A stretch of 64,000 bases of DNA, from contig CM076000.1 of NCBI GenBank assembly GCA_038087875.1, positions 1,426,001-1,490,000 of the forward strand. The letters run 5' to 3'. The position numbers and the translations under genes were made by a program. Of the stretch, positions 49,702-61,621 are shown piece by piece (positions within the stretch are counted from its first letter, which is position 1; each line of letters begins with the position of its first letter). The DNA comes from Malacoraja senta. Its lineage: Eukaryota. The notes beneath the pieces are model-generated. The model ran no database searches. It had not been told where the DNA came from and saw only the letters and a list, made by a program, of their open reading frames with translations.

Positions 49702-51330
49702 CAGTGTCCTCCATAATGTTTGGGACAAAGACCCATCATTTATTTATTTGCCTCTGTACTCCGTAATTTGAGATTTGTAATAGAAAAAAAATCACGTCGT
49801 TAAAGTGCACATTGTCAGATTGTGCCATTTTTATACATTTTGGTTTCACCATGTAGAAATTACAGCAGTGTTTATACATAGTCCCCCCCATTTCAGGGCA
49901 CCATAATGTTTGGGACACATAAATGTCATGTAAATGAAAGTAGTCATGTTTAATATTTTGTTGCATATCCTTTGCATGCAATGACTGCTTGAAGTCTGCG
50001 ATTCATGGACATCCCCAGTTGTTGGGTTTCTTCTCTGGTGATGCTCTGCAGCCATCTTTAGCTTATGCTTGTTTTGGGGGCTAGTCTCCTTCAGTTTTCC
50101 CTTCAGCATATAAAAGGCATGCTCAATTGGGTTCAGATCGGGTGATTGACTTGGCCACTTAAGAATTGACCAGGTTTTAGTTTTGAAAAACTCCTTTGTT
50201 GCTTTAGCAGTATTTTTGGGATCATTGTCTTGCTGTAGAATGAACCGCCGGCCAATGAGATTTGAGGCATTTGTTTGAACTTGAGCAGATAGGATGTGTC
50301 TATACACTCCAGAATTCGTTATGCTACTACCATCAGCAATTGTATCAGCAATGAAGATAAGTAAACCAGTCCCTTCAGCAGCCATACATGCCCAGGCCAT
50401 AACACCCCCACCACAGTGTTTCACAGATGAGGTGGTATGCTTTGGATCTTGGGCAGTTCCTTCTCTCCTCCAAACTTTGCTCTTGCCATCACTCTGATAT
50501 AAGTTAATCGCCGTCTCATCTGTCCACAAGACCTTTTGCCAGAACTGTGGTTGCTCGTTTAAGTACTTCTTGGCAAACTGTAACCTGACCATCCTATTTT
50601 TGCAGTTAACCAGTGGTTTGCATCTTGCAGTGTAGCCTCTGTATTTCTATTCATGGAGTCTTTTGTGGACAGTGGTCATTGACAAATCCACACCTGACTA
50701 CTGAAGAGTGTTTCTGATCCGTCGGACAGGTGTTTGGGGATTTTTCTTTATTATAGAGAATTCTGTCATCAGCTGTGGAGGTCTTCCTTGGCCTGCCAGT
50801 CCCTTTGCGATTAGTAAGCTAACCAGTGCTCTCTTTCTTCTTAATGATGTTCCAAACAGTTGATTTTGGTAAGCCTGTTTGGCTGATCTCTTACAGTTTT
50901 ATTCTTGTTTCTCAGTCTCATAATGGCTTATTTGACTTTCATTGGCACAACTTTGGTCCTCATGTTGATAAACAACAATAAAAGTTTCCATATGTGATGG
51001 AAAGACTGGTGGAAAGACTAGGTGCTGAGAGCTCTCTTATACCTGCATTAAGGAGGCAACTAAATACACCTACACAATTACAAACACCCGTGAAGCCATG
51101 TGTCCCAAACATTATGGTGTCCTAAAATGGGGGGGGGGTGACTATGTATAAACACAGCTGTAATTTCTACATGGTGAAACCAAAATGTATAAAAATGGCC
51201 TTTATTAAAATCTTACAATGTGCACTTTAACCACATGTGATTTTTTTTCTATTACAAATCTCAAATTGTGGAGTCCAGAGGCAAATAAATAAATGATTGG
51301 TCTTTGTCCCAAACATTATGGAGGGCACGG
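49702..51330 (-). mobile_element. Full-length but degenerate Tc1 transposon with long IR/DR-type TIRs
   Basis: TIRs of ~220 bp containing the direct repeat ccataatgtttgggaca twice. Transposase motifs WTDE, QDND and SPDLNPIE, with frameshifts. TA on the right flank. Confidence 0.93.
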
Positions 51331-52548
51331 TAAGTGCAGCCAGAAATAACCAACTGCTTTGGTACACTAAGAAAAAGCTTCCCTGGAGTCATACAGCACA
51401 GAAACGGGTCGTTCAGCCCAACTTGCCCATGCTTACCAAGGTGCCCCATCTACACTGGTCCTACCTGCCTATGTTTGGCCAATATCACTTTAAACCTTTC
51501 CTATACATGTACCTGTTCAAATCTCTTAAATGCTGAATCTAGTTTCTGCCTCAACTATATCCTCTGGCAGCTCATTCCATATACCCACCACCCCTTTTGT
51601 GTGAAACAGTTGTCCCTCAGATTTCTATTAAATCTTTCCCCTCTCACCTTAAACTTATGTCCTCTGTTTCTTGATTCCTCTACTCTGGGTGTCTCTGTGC
51701 ATCTACTCTATCTATTCCCCTCATGATCTTACACACCTCTATAAAATCACCTCTTATACCTTTTATAAATAATTCCCCCATTTGTACATCTCTGCTGCTT
51801 GCAATTTTGTGAAACGATAGCTGATAAAAATAGTATCTTGTCAATAATTTTACATTCAGACAATACTTTTATTTCTGGACCATAGTCATTTCACATTAAT
51901 TGAATAAGAAACATTCTGTGTCCATACCATATTTATAAAAAGGCTTATGAGGCACTCTGTAATATTTAATATTTTAATATTTTATGAATATGTTAAACGG
52001 AAGAAAAACAAGAGATGGAGAACATGTAAAAGGCTTAATTATAAACAGTATTAAAGAGGCAGAATTACTAGGAGCTTACTTTGTTTAATTATTGTAAATG
52101 AACAGATTCACACAGGTCCTGCCCGTGTTATACACAAATTTCCTAAACTACTTTAACCTAAAAGTTGAAATCATTATTCATGCCTCAGTTGAACACCAAA
52201 GCATATCGCGAAGCATTATCCACTTGTCAACTTGCTATCACATTTTTTTAATATTGAAAAATACTTCTTATATATATATTTATATATATAAAAATCATAA
52301 AAGATCGAAAGCAGCATTGGTGTTATCCAGACACAAGAGACTGCACATGCTGTAATCTGGAGCACAATAAAACCTGCTGGAGGAACTCAGAAGGGCAGGC
52401 AGCAACTGTGGAGGGTCTTGAACAGAAACATTGTCAATTCCTTTCCCACCAGAGAAGCTGCTTGACCTGCTGAGCCTCTAGTAGGTACTTTCATGTTATC
52501 CAATTTGCTCTAGATCTTCAATATAGATTATAAAATTAACAAAAAGTG

Positions 52549-52926
52549 TTTATTATTGTATTACAGATATTAATGACTATATATATAAAACATTGATTTA
52601 CATATTATTGCACTTAACCATTTTTCATAACTTTTCAGCTTTCTGTATATATTTGCAATCCTGTCTGTATATTCTAGATCTAACCAGAGTTTATTCTCTA
52701 TTCTCTAGTTCTATTCTCTGCTATAAAATTAGTGTCAATACTAAATATAATACATGTTTTTAAATATTTAGCAGCAAGAGCCAATTATCCCAAGAGAGTA
52801 TAATATGTCACGACACAAGGTAAGTGCTATCTGTTTTCAGCCACAGATTTTTGGTAAATTTTAGAGTTTTAAATTCTGCAACAATGAAAAAAACCCACAA
52901 TTAGCAGATAAAGTTACATATTGTCT
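52549..52926 (-). promoter_or_regulatory. LATS2 proximal 3'UTR with three miRNA 8mer sites and a candidate AATAAA (52549-52554); a more distal AATAAA lies at 51868-51873
   Basis: Minus-strand AGCACTTA (52821-52828), TGCTGCTA (52769-52776) and GTGCAATA (52606-52613). Confidence 0.65.
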
Positions 52927-53424
52927 CTAAACATACACTGGTTGATAGCTTTCACCATGGTCAACAGACTCGCTCGGACTCATATCTGACTGACCTTCTT
53001 TGAGCTCAGTGTTTTCTAAGGGTTTTGGATACCGAAAGGGATAACCATGGTCATCAAAGAACCTTCGGAAAGTGAACTCATAAAACGCATGTTCTGGATG
53101 CTTGTTACCACCAACGTGACTGGCTAATGTTTCAGAGGTTTTGGTACTGTCACTGCTGTCATTCCATGAATTCTCTTCTTCTATTGGATCGAAGTTCGAG
53201 GTGTCCATGGGATGGCTGATCTTTGGAACATATGGTGCCGGCTGTCTGCGGATGTCTTTAGAAAAATCAATGGAGGTAAAGAAAGGATGAGCCTTGATTT
53301 CATCTGCTCCATTTCCACCCAGTCTGTCACCGGCTCCACAACAAAGTTTTGTGGTGAGATCTATTGCTTCAGGACTAAGTTTTACTTGTGGCGGAATGTA
53401 CAGCGTGCTCTCCCAATTTATTAC
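52927..53424 (-). CDS. LATS2: LATS2 terminal coding exon VINWESTL...HAFYEFTFRRFFDD...YQPVYV*
   Basis: ttcacag acceptor, hydrophobic motif FYEFTF and TAG stop. The QPVYV C-terminus is LATS2-like. Confidence 0.96.
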   Translation of the reverse strand, partial: VINWESTLYIPPQVKLSPEAIDLTTKLCCGAGDRLGGNGADEIKAHPFFTSIDFSKDIRRQPAPYVPKISHPMDTSNFDPIEEENSWNDSSDSTKTSETLASHVGGNKHPEHAFYEFTFRRFFDDHGYPFRYPKPLENTELKEGQSDMSPSESVDHGESYQPVYV

Positions 53425-54119
53425 CTGTGAAACATATAAAATAAAAGGTACAGGATTATCTTAGCATTGCATTTATGTGTGGTATGTCTGGCATATATCA
53501 TGTAAAACATTACATTTAATTATTGTAAATGAACAGATTCACTCAGGTCCTGCCCGTGTTTTACACACATTCCCTAAACACACATCCCCTAAACATGGGG
53601 AGAAGGCAGGCACGGGTTATTGATTGGGGACGATCAGCCATGATGGCAATGAATGGCGGTGCTGGCTCGAAGGGCCGAATGGCCTCCTCCTGCACCTATT
53701 TCCTATGTTTCTAGTTTAACCCAAAAATTGAAATCATTATTCATGCCTCAGTTGAACACCAAAGCATTTCGCGAAGCAATTTCTTTGGATAGCATGCAAA
53801 ACAAAGCTTTTCACTGTTCCTCGGTACATGCAACAATAATAATAAACCAAACCTAGAAACATTATGTGCATGAACAGCAAATATGCGATGAGAAACAATG
53901 GTTTACTTTTAAGACAAAATGGCCATTCTGAGTTTTGTTCCTCAAACATTTGTAGAGATTGTGAGCGCAATCAGTAACTGGAATTATGAAATCTCATCCA
54001 AGTGATGGACATAGGAACAGTAGCAAACCATTACATACCCTGAACATGCTCCATAAATAATGATTATTCTCTGTCATAACTCCATGTAGTTTAAAGTTCC
54101 CATACCCATCCAATCTATA

Positions 54120-54340
54120 CACACAGTGCTGGAGTAATTCAGCGGGTCAGGCAGCATCTCTGGAGAGAAGGAATGGGTGACGTTTCAGGTCGGGACCAGA
54201 GTCTGAAGAAGGTTCCGACCCCAAACGTCACTCATCCATTTTCTCAATTTTCTCAAAAGATGCTGCCTGACCCGCTGAGTTACTCCAGTACCTTGTGTCT
54301 ATCTTCGGTATATACCAGCATCTGTAGTTCCCTTTTACAC
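54120..54340. repeat. Head-to-head pair of Penelope-derived short repeats (family also at ~8430, 9120, 17840, 23750, 37080, 41120, 47970, 49120, 52330, 59460, 62150 and 62585)
   Basis: ctggagtaattcagcgggtcaggcagcatct and its inverted copy agatgctgcctgacccgctgagttactccag flank ctgaagaagg...aaacgtc. Confidence 0.8.
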
Positions 54341-54535
54341 ACTATCCATCCAATCTATTCTGGGGGTCAATAAAACCATTCCCTATGTTATTAGACCTGC
54401 CCTGCACTCAGACACACTCTACCAGATCTATAATACTTGACAAGCCAGTAATCACTCAGTCTTATATAGGTCTAAATGTTCAAAACGATGGTTGAAAATT
54501 ACAATTGTCTCTCAGATATTCCAAATTTAACACAA

Positions 54536-55260
54536 TCACAATAATACTTTATTAGCCAAGTATGTTTTGCAACATACGAGGAATTTCATTTGCCAAGTCA
54601 GTCATACAAATAAAAAGCAACGGAACACACAAAATACATTTTAACATAAATATCCAGCACAGTGACCTCCACATTCCTCACTGTGATGGAAGGTGAAAAA
54701 AAGTTCAAATCTCTTCCCTTCTATGCTCTCCTGCGGTCGGGGGCCTTGAGCCCTCCGTTGACGAGACGATCTTGACTCCCGTAGCCAACGGCGTTTGGGC
54801 CCTCCGCATCGGGGTGATCAGCTCCTGCAACGGGGGGGATATCAGCTCCCCCGCGCCGGCGATTGGACCCCGGGTCAGGGCTGGTCGAGCCTCTGCGTCG
54901 TTTGAGCTCCCAACTAGCCTCTCCTGAGACTGTGAGCTCTTGATGGTAAGTCCGCAGGCCGCGGTTGGAGCGATCCCAGGCAAGGGATCAACTCCGATGT
55001 TAAGTCCACGGTGGGGATCACGTCAATCCGAGGAGGCCTCCAGCTCCATCGATGGTAGACTGCAGATCAGCCGGGGATGCGATCCGGAAAAAATCGCATC
55101 TCCAGCAAGGGAAGAAACTAAAAAAATGTTTTCCCCTCCCCCTTCCCCCACATAAAACAAACCGGTGAACATTTACACAAACTTTTAACACACACTAAAA
55201 ATTAAAAAAAAAAGACGAATAAACATTGGCGGGGCTACCAATCTTGCGGCGCCCCAGGTG
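54536..55260 (-). mobile_element. GC-rich non-autonomous retroposon in a LATS2 intron
   Basis: 5' module resembles 32856-33100; 3' end aataaagtattattgtgattgtg. Confidence 0.55.
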
Positions 55261-55281
55261 GAGGAAAGTTATTAGAAGTTA

Positions 55282-55485
<204 letters not shown>

Positions 55486-57259
55486 TTAAACAGTTAAGAT
55501 TTTTCAATAAAATAATCCCGAATGAAGCCTGAGATGAGGAAAAGCTTTTTCACCCAGAGAGTTCTGAATCTGTGTAATTCTCTGCCACAGAAGGCAGTGG
55601 AGGTTAATTCACTGGATGTATTCAAGAGAGAGTTAGATACTCTTGGGGCTAACAGACTCAAGGAATATGGGGAGAATGTAGGAACAGGGTAGTGATTCTG
55701 GATGATCAGTCATGATCGTATTGAATGGCAGTGCCTGGCTCAAAGAGCCAAATGGTCTACTCCTACACCTATTTTCTATGTTTTATTGAATTGACATAGT
55801 GGGAAAAAAATCTGTAGAATTTGCCACTAACCAAAATTGGTATAGGGATATCAATGGTTTTATTCATTTATTTAACTTATAATTTACCCTGCCCACTTCT
55901 TCCATTTCTCTGGACACAAGGATTTTGAAAAATGGAACAAGGGCCATGAATCGTCTTGGATACCCAAAGCAGGTGGTTCAATAATCAAAACTTAAATAGA
56001 TTTGTTTCTTAGCCTCTAAATCAGGATACAACATAAGATTTTGGAAACAATAATAATTTAGCAGCATGCCATCTTGAAAATAACACCATTCCTTCATTGT
56101 TACAGGATTAGAATCCTTAAATATTGAAAAAATAACTTTTATAATTCACCGAATATTTTTTTTTAAACACAGAAGATAATTTTTATTCTGAAATACTTAG
56201 GAAGTCACTTTTTGCTTTTGATACATGCTTTCATGTCTTTAGAGTTCCTCTGCATTTTTCACAGGCCATGTGACATGTCCTGTTGCACTAATCAGACTTT
56301 TTTTCAAGCACCTGCCACTGCAATATTCTATTGCGTTTACCTGCTGAGGGTGCTTTGGAGGAGGAGTGGGAAGGGAAAGCAGGAATATTGGTAGGTGGGG
56401 TGGGTTGTCGAGGCTGTTTTGGTCAGGGAATGTGGATCGTGACATGGAAGAAGTTCTAGGGGTGAATGGGCCAGCTTGGCCCACCACTTTCACACAGAGA
56501 GTGGTGAATCTCTGGAACTCTCTGCCACAGAGGGTAGTTGAGGCCAGTTCATTGGCTATATTTAAGAGGGAGTTAGATGTGGCCCTTGTGGCTAAGGGGA
56601 TCAGGGGGTATGGAGAGAAGGCAGGTACGGGATACTGAGTTGGATGATCAGCCATGATCATATTGAATGGCGGTGCAGGCTCGAAGGGCCGAATGGCCTA
56701 CTCCTGCACCTATTTTCTATGTATCTATGTATCTATGGAGGTGATTGCCTCACGAGTAAAATGGAGACACGAGGCACTGCAGACACTGAAATCTTGAGTA
56801 AAACACAAAGCGCTGGAATAACTCAGCAGGTTTGGCAGTATCTGTGGAATTCATTGCCACAGATGGCTGTGGAGGCCAAGTCATTGGGTATTTTTAGGGT
56901 GCAGATTGACAGATTCTTGATTAGTAAGGGTGTTAGGGTTTATGGGGTGAAGGCAGGAGAATGGGGTTGATAGGGAAAGATTGATCAGCCATGATTGAAT
57001 AGCGGAGTAGACTTCATGGGCTGAATGGCTTAATTCTGCTCCTATAACATGAACCTATCTCAAAATCAATGAATTTCCAGAACCAGTGGCTAAGTCCAGG
57101 GATATCAATATTCCAGAGGGGTTGGTGACCATTCTAATGGATGCCTGCCAAAGTTAGGTTGGAGGTAGGAAAGAACGGCAAAAGAAATGACACACAATTA
57201 TTTGCTGTGTTTTTTCTTTCCAAAGTACACCAGAGCCAAACAAGACTTGTGACACTAAC

Positions 57260-57442
57260 CTTTTCGTACTAGAACCTCAGGAGCTATATAGTTTGGAGTT
57301 CCAACCAATGAGTGTGCGAGGCATCTTTGGTGCTGCCGGGCAGCCCTTCTTTCAAGGGTCTTTAATCTATCGCCACACTTGCAATCAGACAAGTCTCCCC
57401 AAAGATCACTTGGCTCCATGCTGTCCTGCCTAGCATGGGTCC
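57260..57442 (-). CDS. LATS2: LATS2 exon, activation segment (RQDSMEP...RCLAHSLVGTPNYIAPEV)
   Basis: aaaag acceptor, gttagt donor, 183 nt. Confidence 0.96.
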
Positions 57443-58753
57443 CTTTTGGAAAACAAAACAGATGAAAGCAAAGCAATAATTACTCTTTCACTCCCTTTTC
57501 TCCCCTCTTCCATCAGGGCAGGAGGTACAGATGTTTGAAAATGTATACCTCCAGATTCAGGAACACTTCCCAGCTGTTATCAGGCTCTGGGAGGCACCCG
57601 CTCTACCAGCTGTGTTACCCCCATGGCTGCCTTTCTGACATTCAACTAACTTTAGTCAACTGGCTACAAATTCATCATAGCAGCAACATATGCCCAGAAT
57701 AATGACAGCACATTGGAATACAATTTCTAAAGAAAGGGTACTAGGATTTCATTGGAACCGTATTCCAGAGGCAGATGACAATGCACTACCCCAATGCACT
57801 ACCATAATGAACTTTAATGATTGCAAATAGACGATGAATTTCCACAGAGGGGATATTTAAATCTTGCAATGGAAAGCTCATCAAGCATGCATTCAAGAAT
57901 AAGCTCACTAAAATGGGTCAAAATTATTTTTTATAGTTCTGACAAAGTCTTCAACATTAACAATATTTCAGATATTGCCCGACCTGTATTTCCACCATTT
58001 TCTGTGGTTGTTAATTATTTACATTTACAATTTGTGTCGGGACAACATCAAGTTAAAATAGGCATTCATTTTGAGTTTTTACATCACTTCTTGCTGACAG
58101 TGGAAGAATCAAAATGTAAGGGGCATGTAGAATCAACGGAAACAAAAACATATAATTATTTCTGATATATTCAAGAATTCTCCGATTCCAGTGCCTTATT
58201 ATAAGACTAGCCCAGAAATAAATAGACCAACTTGCATCAATCTCCATGTTATTCTCAGGCTCACTGAACCTCAATGCATTATTTAGGTTTGTTTGGAAAT
58301 TTAAATCAAAAAATTCAAACTGATTCTCTCTTCATGTAGCAAGGATGGAAATGTCTCCTTTTACATACTGACAATGCAATTTAACCAGAGCAAGTAAACT
58401 GATGCTTCAGGGCAGAAACTGATATTTTAGTTTGAGTGTTAAGTGATACACCGTGGAAACAGGCCCTTTCGACCCGCGACGACCAGCGATTACCCATTCA
58501 CTAGTTCTATCCTGAAACCAAGGGACAATTTGCAGAAGCCAATTAACCTACAAACCTGTACGTCTTTTGATGTGTGGGAGGAAATCCGAGCACCTGGAGA
58601 AAACCCATGCGAACGTGCAAACTTCATACAGACAGCACTCATAGTCAGGATTGAACCCGCGGCTCTGGCGCTGTGAGGCAGCAACTCTACTGCTGCGCCA
58701 CTATGCCTCCCCATTCTGCTGACCATGCAGGCACTATATCATCCATGACTCAC

Positions 58754-59336
58754 CTTTCTGATAGTATTTGGAATCATGTGTCCACCTGAACCCAGTACAA
58801 AGACCAAAGTCAGTGAGTTTAATGTGTCCATCGAGATCAATCAGGATGTTGTCAGGTTTAATATCCCGATGGATGAATCCCATTTTGTGGACGCTCTCAA
58901 TGGCTAACGTCAGTTCTCCAATGTAAAATCTGGCCAGTGACTCTGGGAACACTCCCATTCGTATCAAGAGACTCATCATATCCCCACCAGGGATGTAGTC
59001 CATCACAAAGTACAAGCTGTCTTTATCTTGGAAAGAATAGTAAAGCTTGACTACCCATTCATTGTCAGCTTCAGCCAGAATGTCCCTCTCGGCTTTCACG
59101 TGAGCCACTTGATTACGACTCAACACCTCCTTCTTCCGCAGAGTTTTCATTGCATACAGAGCGTTGGTGTCTACTTTTTGAGCCAGGCAGACCTCCCCAA
59201 AAGCACCAACTCCCAGAGTCTTGATCTTCACAAACAGCGATTTGTCCATTTTTGCCCTTTTCAGTCTGTTGTAATTGGATTCTTTCTGATTAAGCATTTT
59301 CCTCATTTGTTCTTGCTCTGCCTCAGAGAGCCCTGC
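58754..59336 (-). CDS. LATS2: LATS2 exon, kinase N-lobe to DFG ([13 protein letters not shown]...HRDIKPDN...[19 protein letters not shown])
   Basis: ccaaag acceptor, gtgagt donor, 583 nt. Canonical NDR/LATS kinase motifs. Confidence 0.97.
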
Positions 59337-60008
59337 CTTTGGAAGTCAGATATTATAAATTAAATTCAAATAGGTGAATTGTACTTAAAAACAAAACACA
59401 TCTATACAAAAGAACTGAAAGACTACTTGGTATTTCCTCTGTTGAAACAATTATCAGACTGAAACAATCCGTTTGAAGAAGGGTCCAAACTCGAAACGTC
59501 ACCTATCCATGTTCTCCATAGATGCTGCCTGACCCGTTGAGTTACTCCAACACTTTGCATCACCCTGTGTCTATGGTTGCATGGTAGTGGCCAGAAGCTC
59601 TCTAATCCCATCCCTCCAGTTGACCAACAAAGACATCAACCTTGCACAAACACCCATTTTCCCCAGTAGAATTTATGACCAGGTTACTCACTTGTGCGCT
59701 TTAAAAGATCACAAATACATGTTCCAAATAAAAAAATTATTTCAGGTACCAGCACAATGTTTAAGAAATATTTAGACAGGTACATGAACAGGTAGAGTTA
59801 GAGGAATATGGGCCAAATGCAAGCAGGTGGGAGTAGTGTAGATGGGGCAAGTTGGCTGGTGTGGGCAAGTTGGGCCGCAGGGCCTGTTTCTCTATGACTC
59901 TGTATGACTATCTATCCCTTCTAAGTGCTGCGGTATTTAAACTGATGTCCCACAATTTACTATTGCAGAAATGTTGTATTTTATTATTAAAATATTAAAA
60001 ATCAATAC

Positions 60009-61621
60009 CTTTGACATCTCTTGCTCCAACTGCAACCGTCGATTTAATTTTTGTTGGTACGTTTTCATTATGTTTTCCACGTGTTGTTCCATGAAGAATT
60101 TAAAAGCAAAGGGAGAGTAACTTTTAATTCTTGATTCTCTCTTCTCCTCATCCTTGCTGTTTTTGCGCACTGGTACTGGCGATGTTTGAATAAGTTTTTT
60201 ATCTTTCCCCATCTTCTCCAGTTTGTTGGGCTTGCTGTTTTTCTCGCTCTTGGGAGTGCTGCTGCCTTCAGTTTCTTTCCGCGTCAGATCATGAATACCA
60301 CGCATACTTTGGTCCACACCCATGCAGAGGCTGTTGGCATCAAACTGCTCTGCGCTGCTCTGAAGCAGCAAGTGCTTTGGATAAGGTGGTGGGGGACATC
60401 GGCGCTCTTTCATGGTGTAATCGACAGGTTCCAGAGGATAGGCTGCAGCCCCACCTACCGCCAATGGCTTTTGATCCATCACCTCATTGCCATCGGTGCC
60501 CTGAGTCTGTAGCCATGCTGGATGAGAAGGTGCCACAGCTGTCTGAGGCTCAGGTCTTGGAACTCGAATGCTCCTGACTGGCTGAAGAATAGGGGTGGAG
60601 GTGACTGCTGTGATAGTATTGGTAGTGTTATGAGATGGTTCTGCTTTGCTCGTCTGAACTTGTCTCACAGATGGCGACGTCTGCAGTTTACTATTGAACG
60701 AATTGGTTCGATTTGGAATTTTGGCATCTGACCTCAGGTGGCCAGTTGATCTTGGCAATGTTTCTAGCCCAGTGTTCTGCAAGGAATCCCTTCTTGTTGG
60801 AGATGGTACTTGCCAATGTTGCACCTGGGAAGGGTTAATGTCAAACATCTCCATGTTCAGGCTATTCCTTGAAGGTGCCATCATGCTTGGGGCGAGTTCA
60901 GCAAAGTCATTCCCAAACGGCGGAGCAAGATTTGGCAATATCTGTATTTGAGGAGTAGTAGGACTTTGTTGTCTATGGTGGGACTGTGGTAAGTATAGAA
61001 CTGTTGGAGGTTGCTGGAAGGTGTGGGCAGCAATGCCTTGAGTGACAGGGCTTTTATTCTGAAGGCTTCCATAACTTCCCTCTTGTGGCATCTTACATTG
61101 AAAAGATGAGCTTCTTTGGACAGGATAACCAAAGGAAACAGTGCTGTCTCCTTGAGCTATTAAATGCTGCCTCAGGTAATGGGGGTTAGTTGACACCTGA
61201 GAGCCTTGTAATGCAATTGGTTGGCCACCATGATTGGAGAGAGTGTAGCCAATCATTTGAAAAGTTTGGCCTGTCTCACCTTTGGCTGAATATGTTTTTT
61301 GTTGATGTTTAATATCACAAGCAATGGGTGGGAATATATTGTTAGATGGAGGATTCTGTCCACTGATTGTAGGATGTGGTCCTATGGGGGAGCATCTCTG
61401 TCCAGGAGCATTAACAGCCATAGCTTGTCCAGCAGCAACTAAAAAGTTAATATTAGATGTATTTGCATATTGCAGTGACAGTTCACTATGTATATTTCCA
61501 CTCTCGGCTCCAGAATCTGCTACTTCGTAGATCGGATTTCCCATTTGATGATAGGCAGCCAAAGAGTCATTTGATCCTTCAAAACTTGGTCTACGATCAA
61601 GATGAGGCCCAATACCCTTTC
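60009..61621 (-). CDS. LATS2: LATS2 large internal exon (RRPSFEG, PPPPY motif, start of MOB1-binding region); upstream exons lie outside the window
   Basis: ttttaag acceptor, gtattg donor, 1613 nt. Encodes GKGIGPHLDRRPSFEG...CPPPPYPK...RIKSYSPFAFKFFMEQHVEN. Confidence 0.95.

Noticed and set aside
36960..51800. XPO4 exons expected downstream of LATS2 from human synteny
   Set aside because: I recognised no XPO4-like coding sequence.
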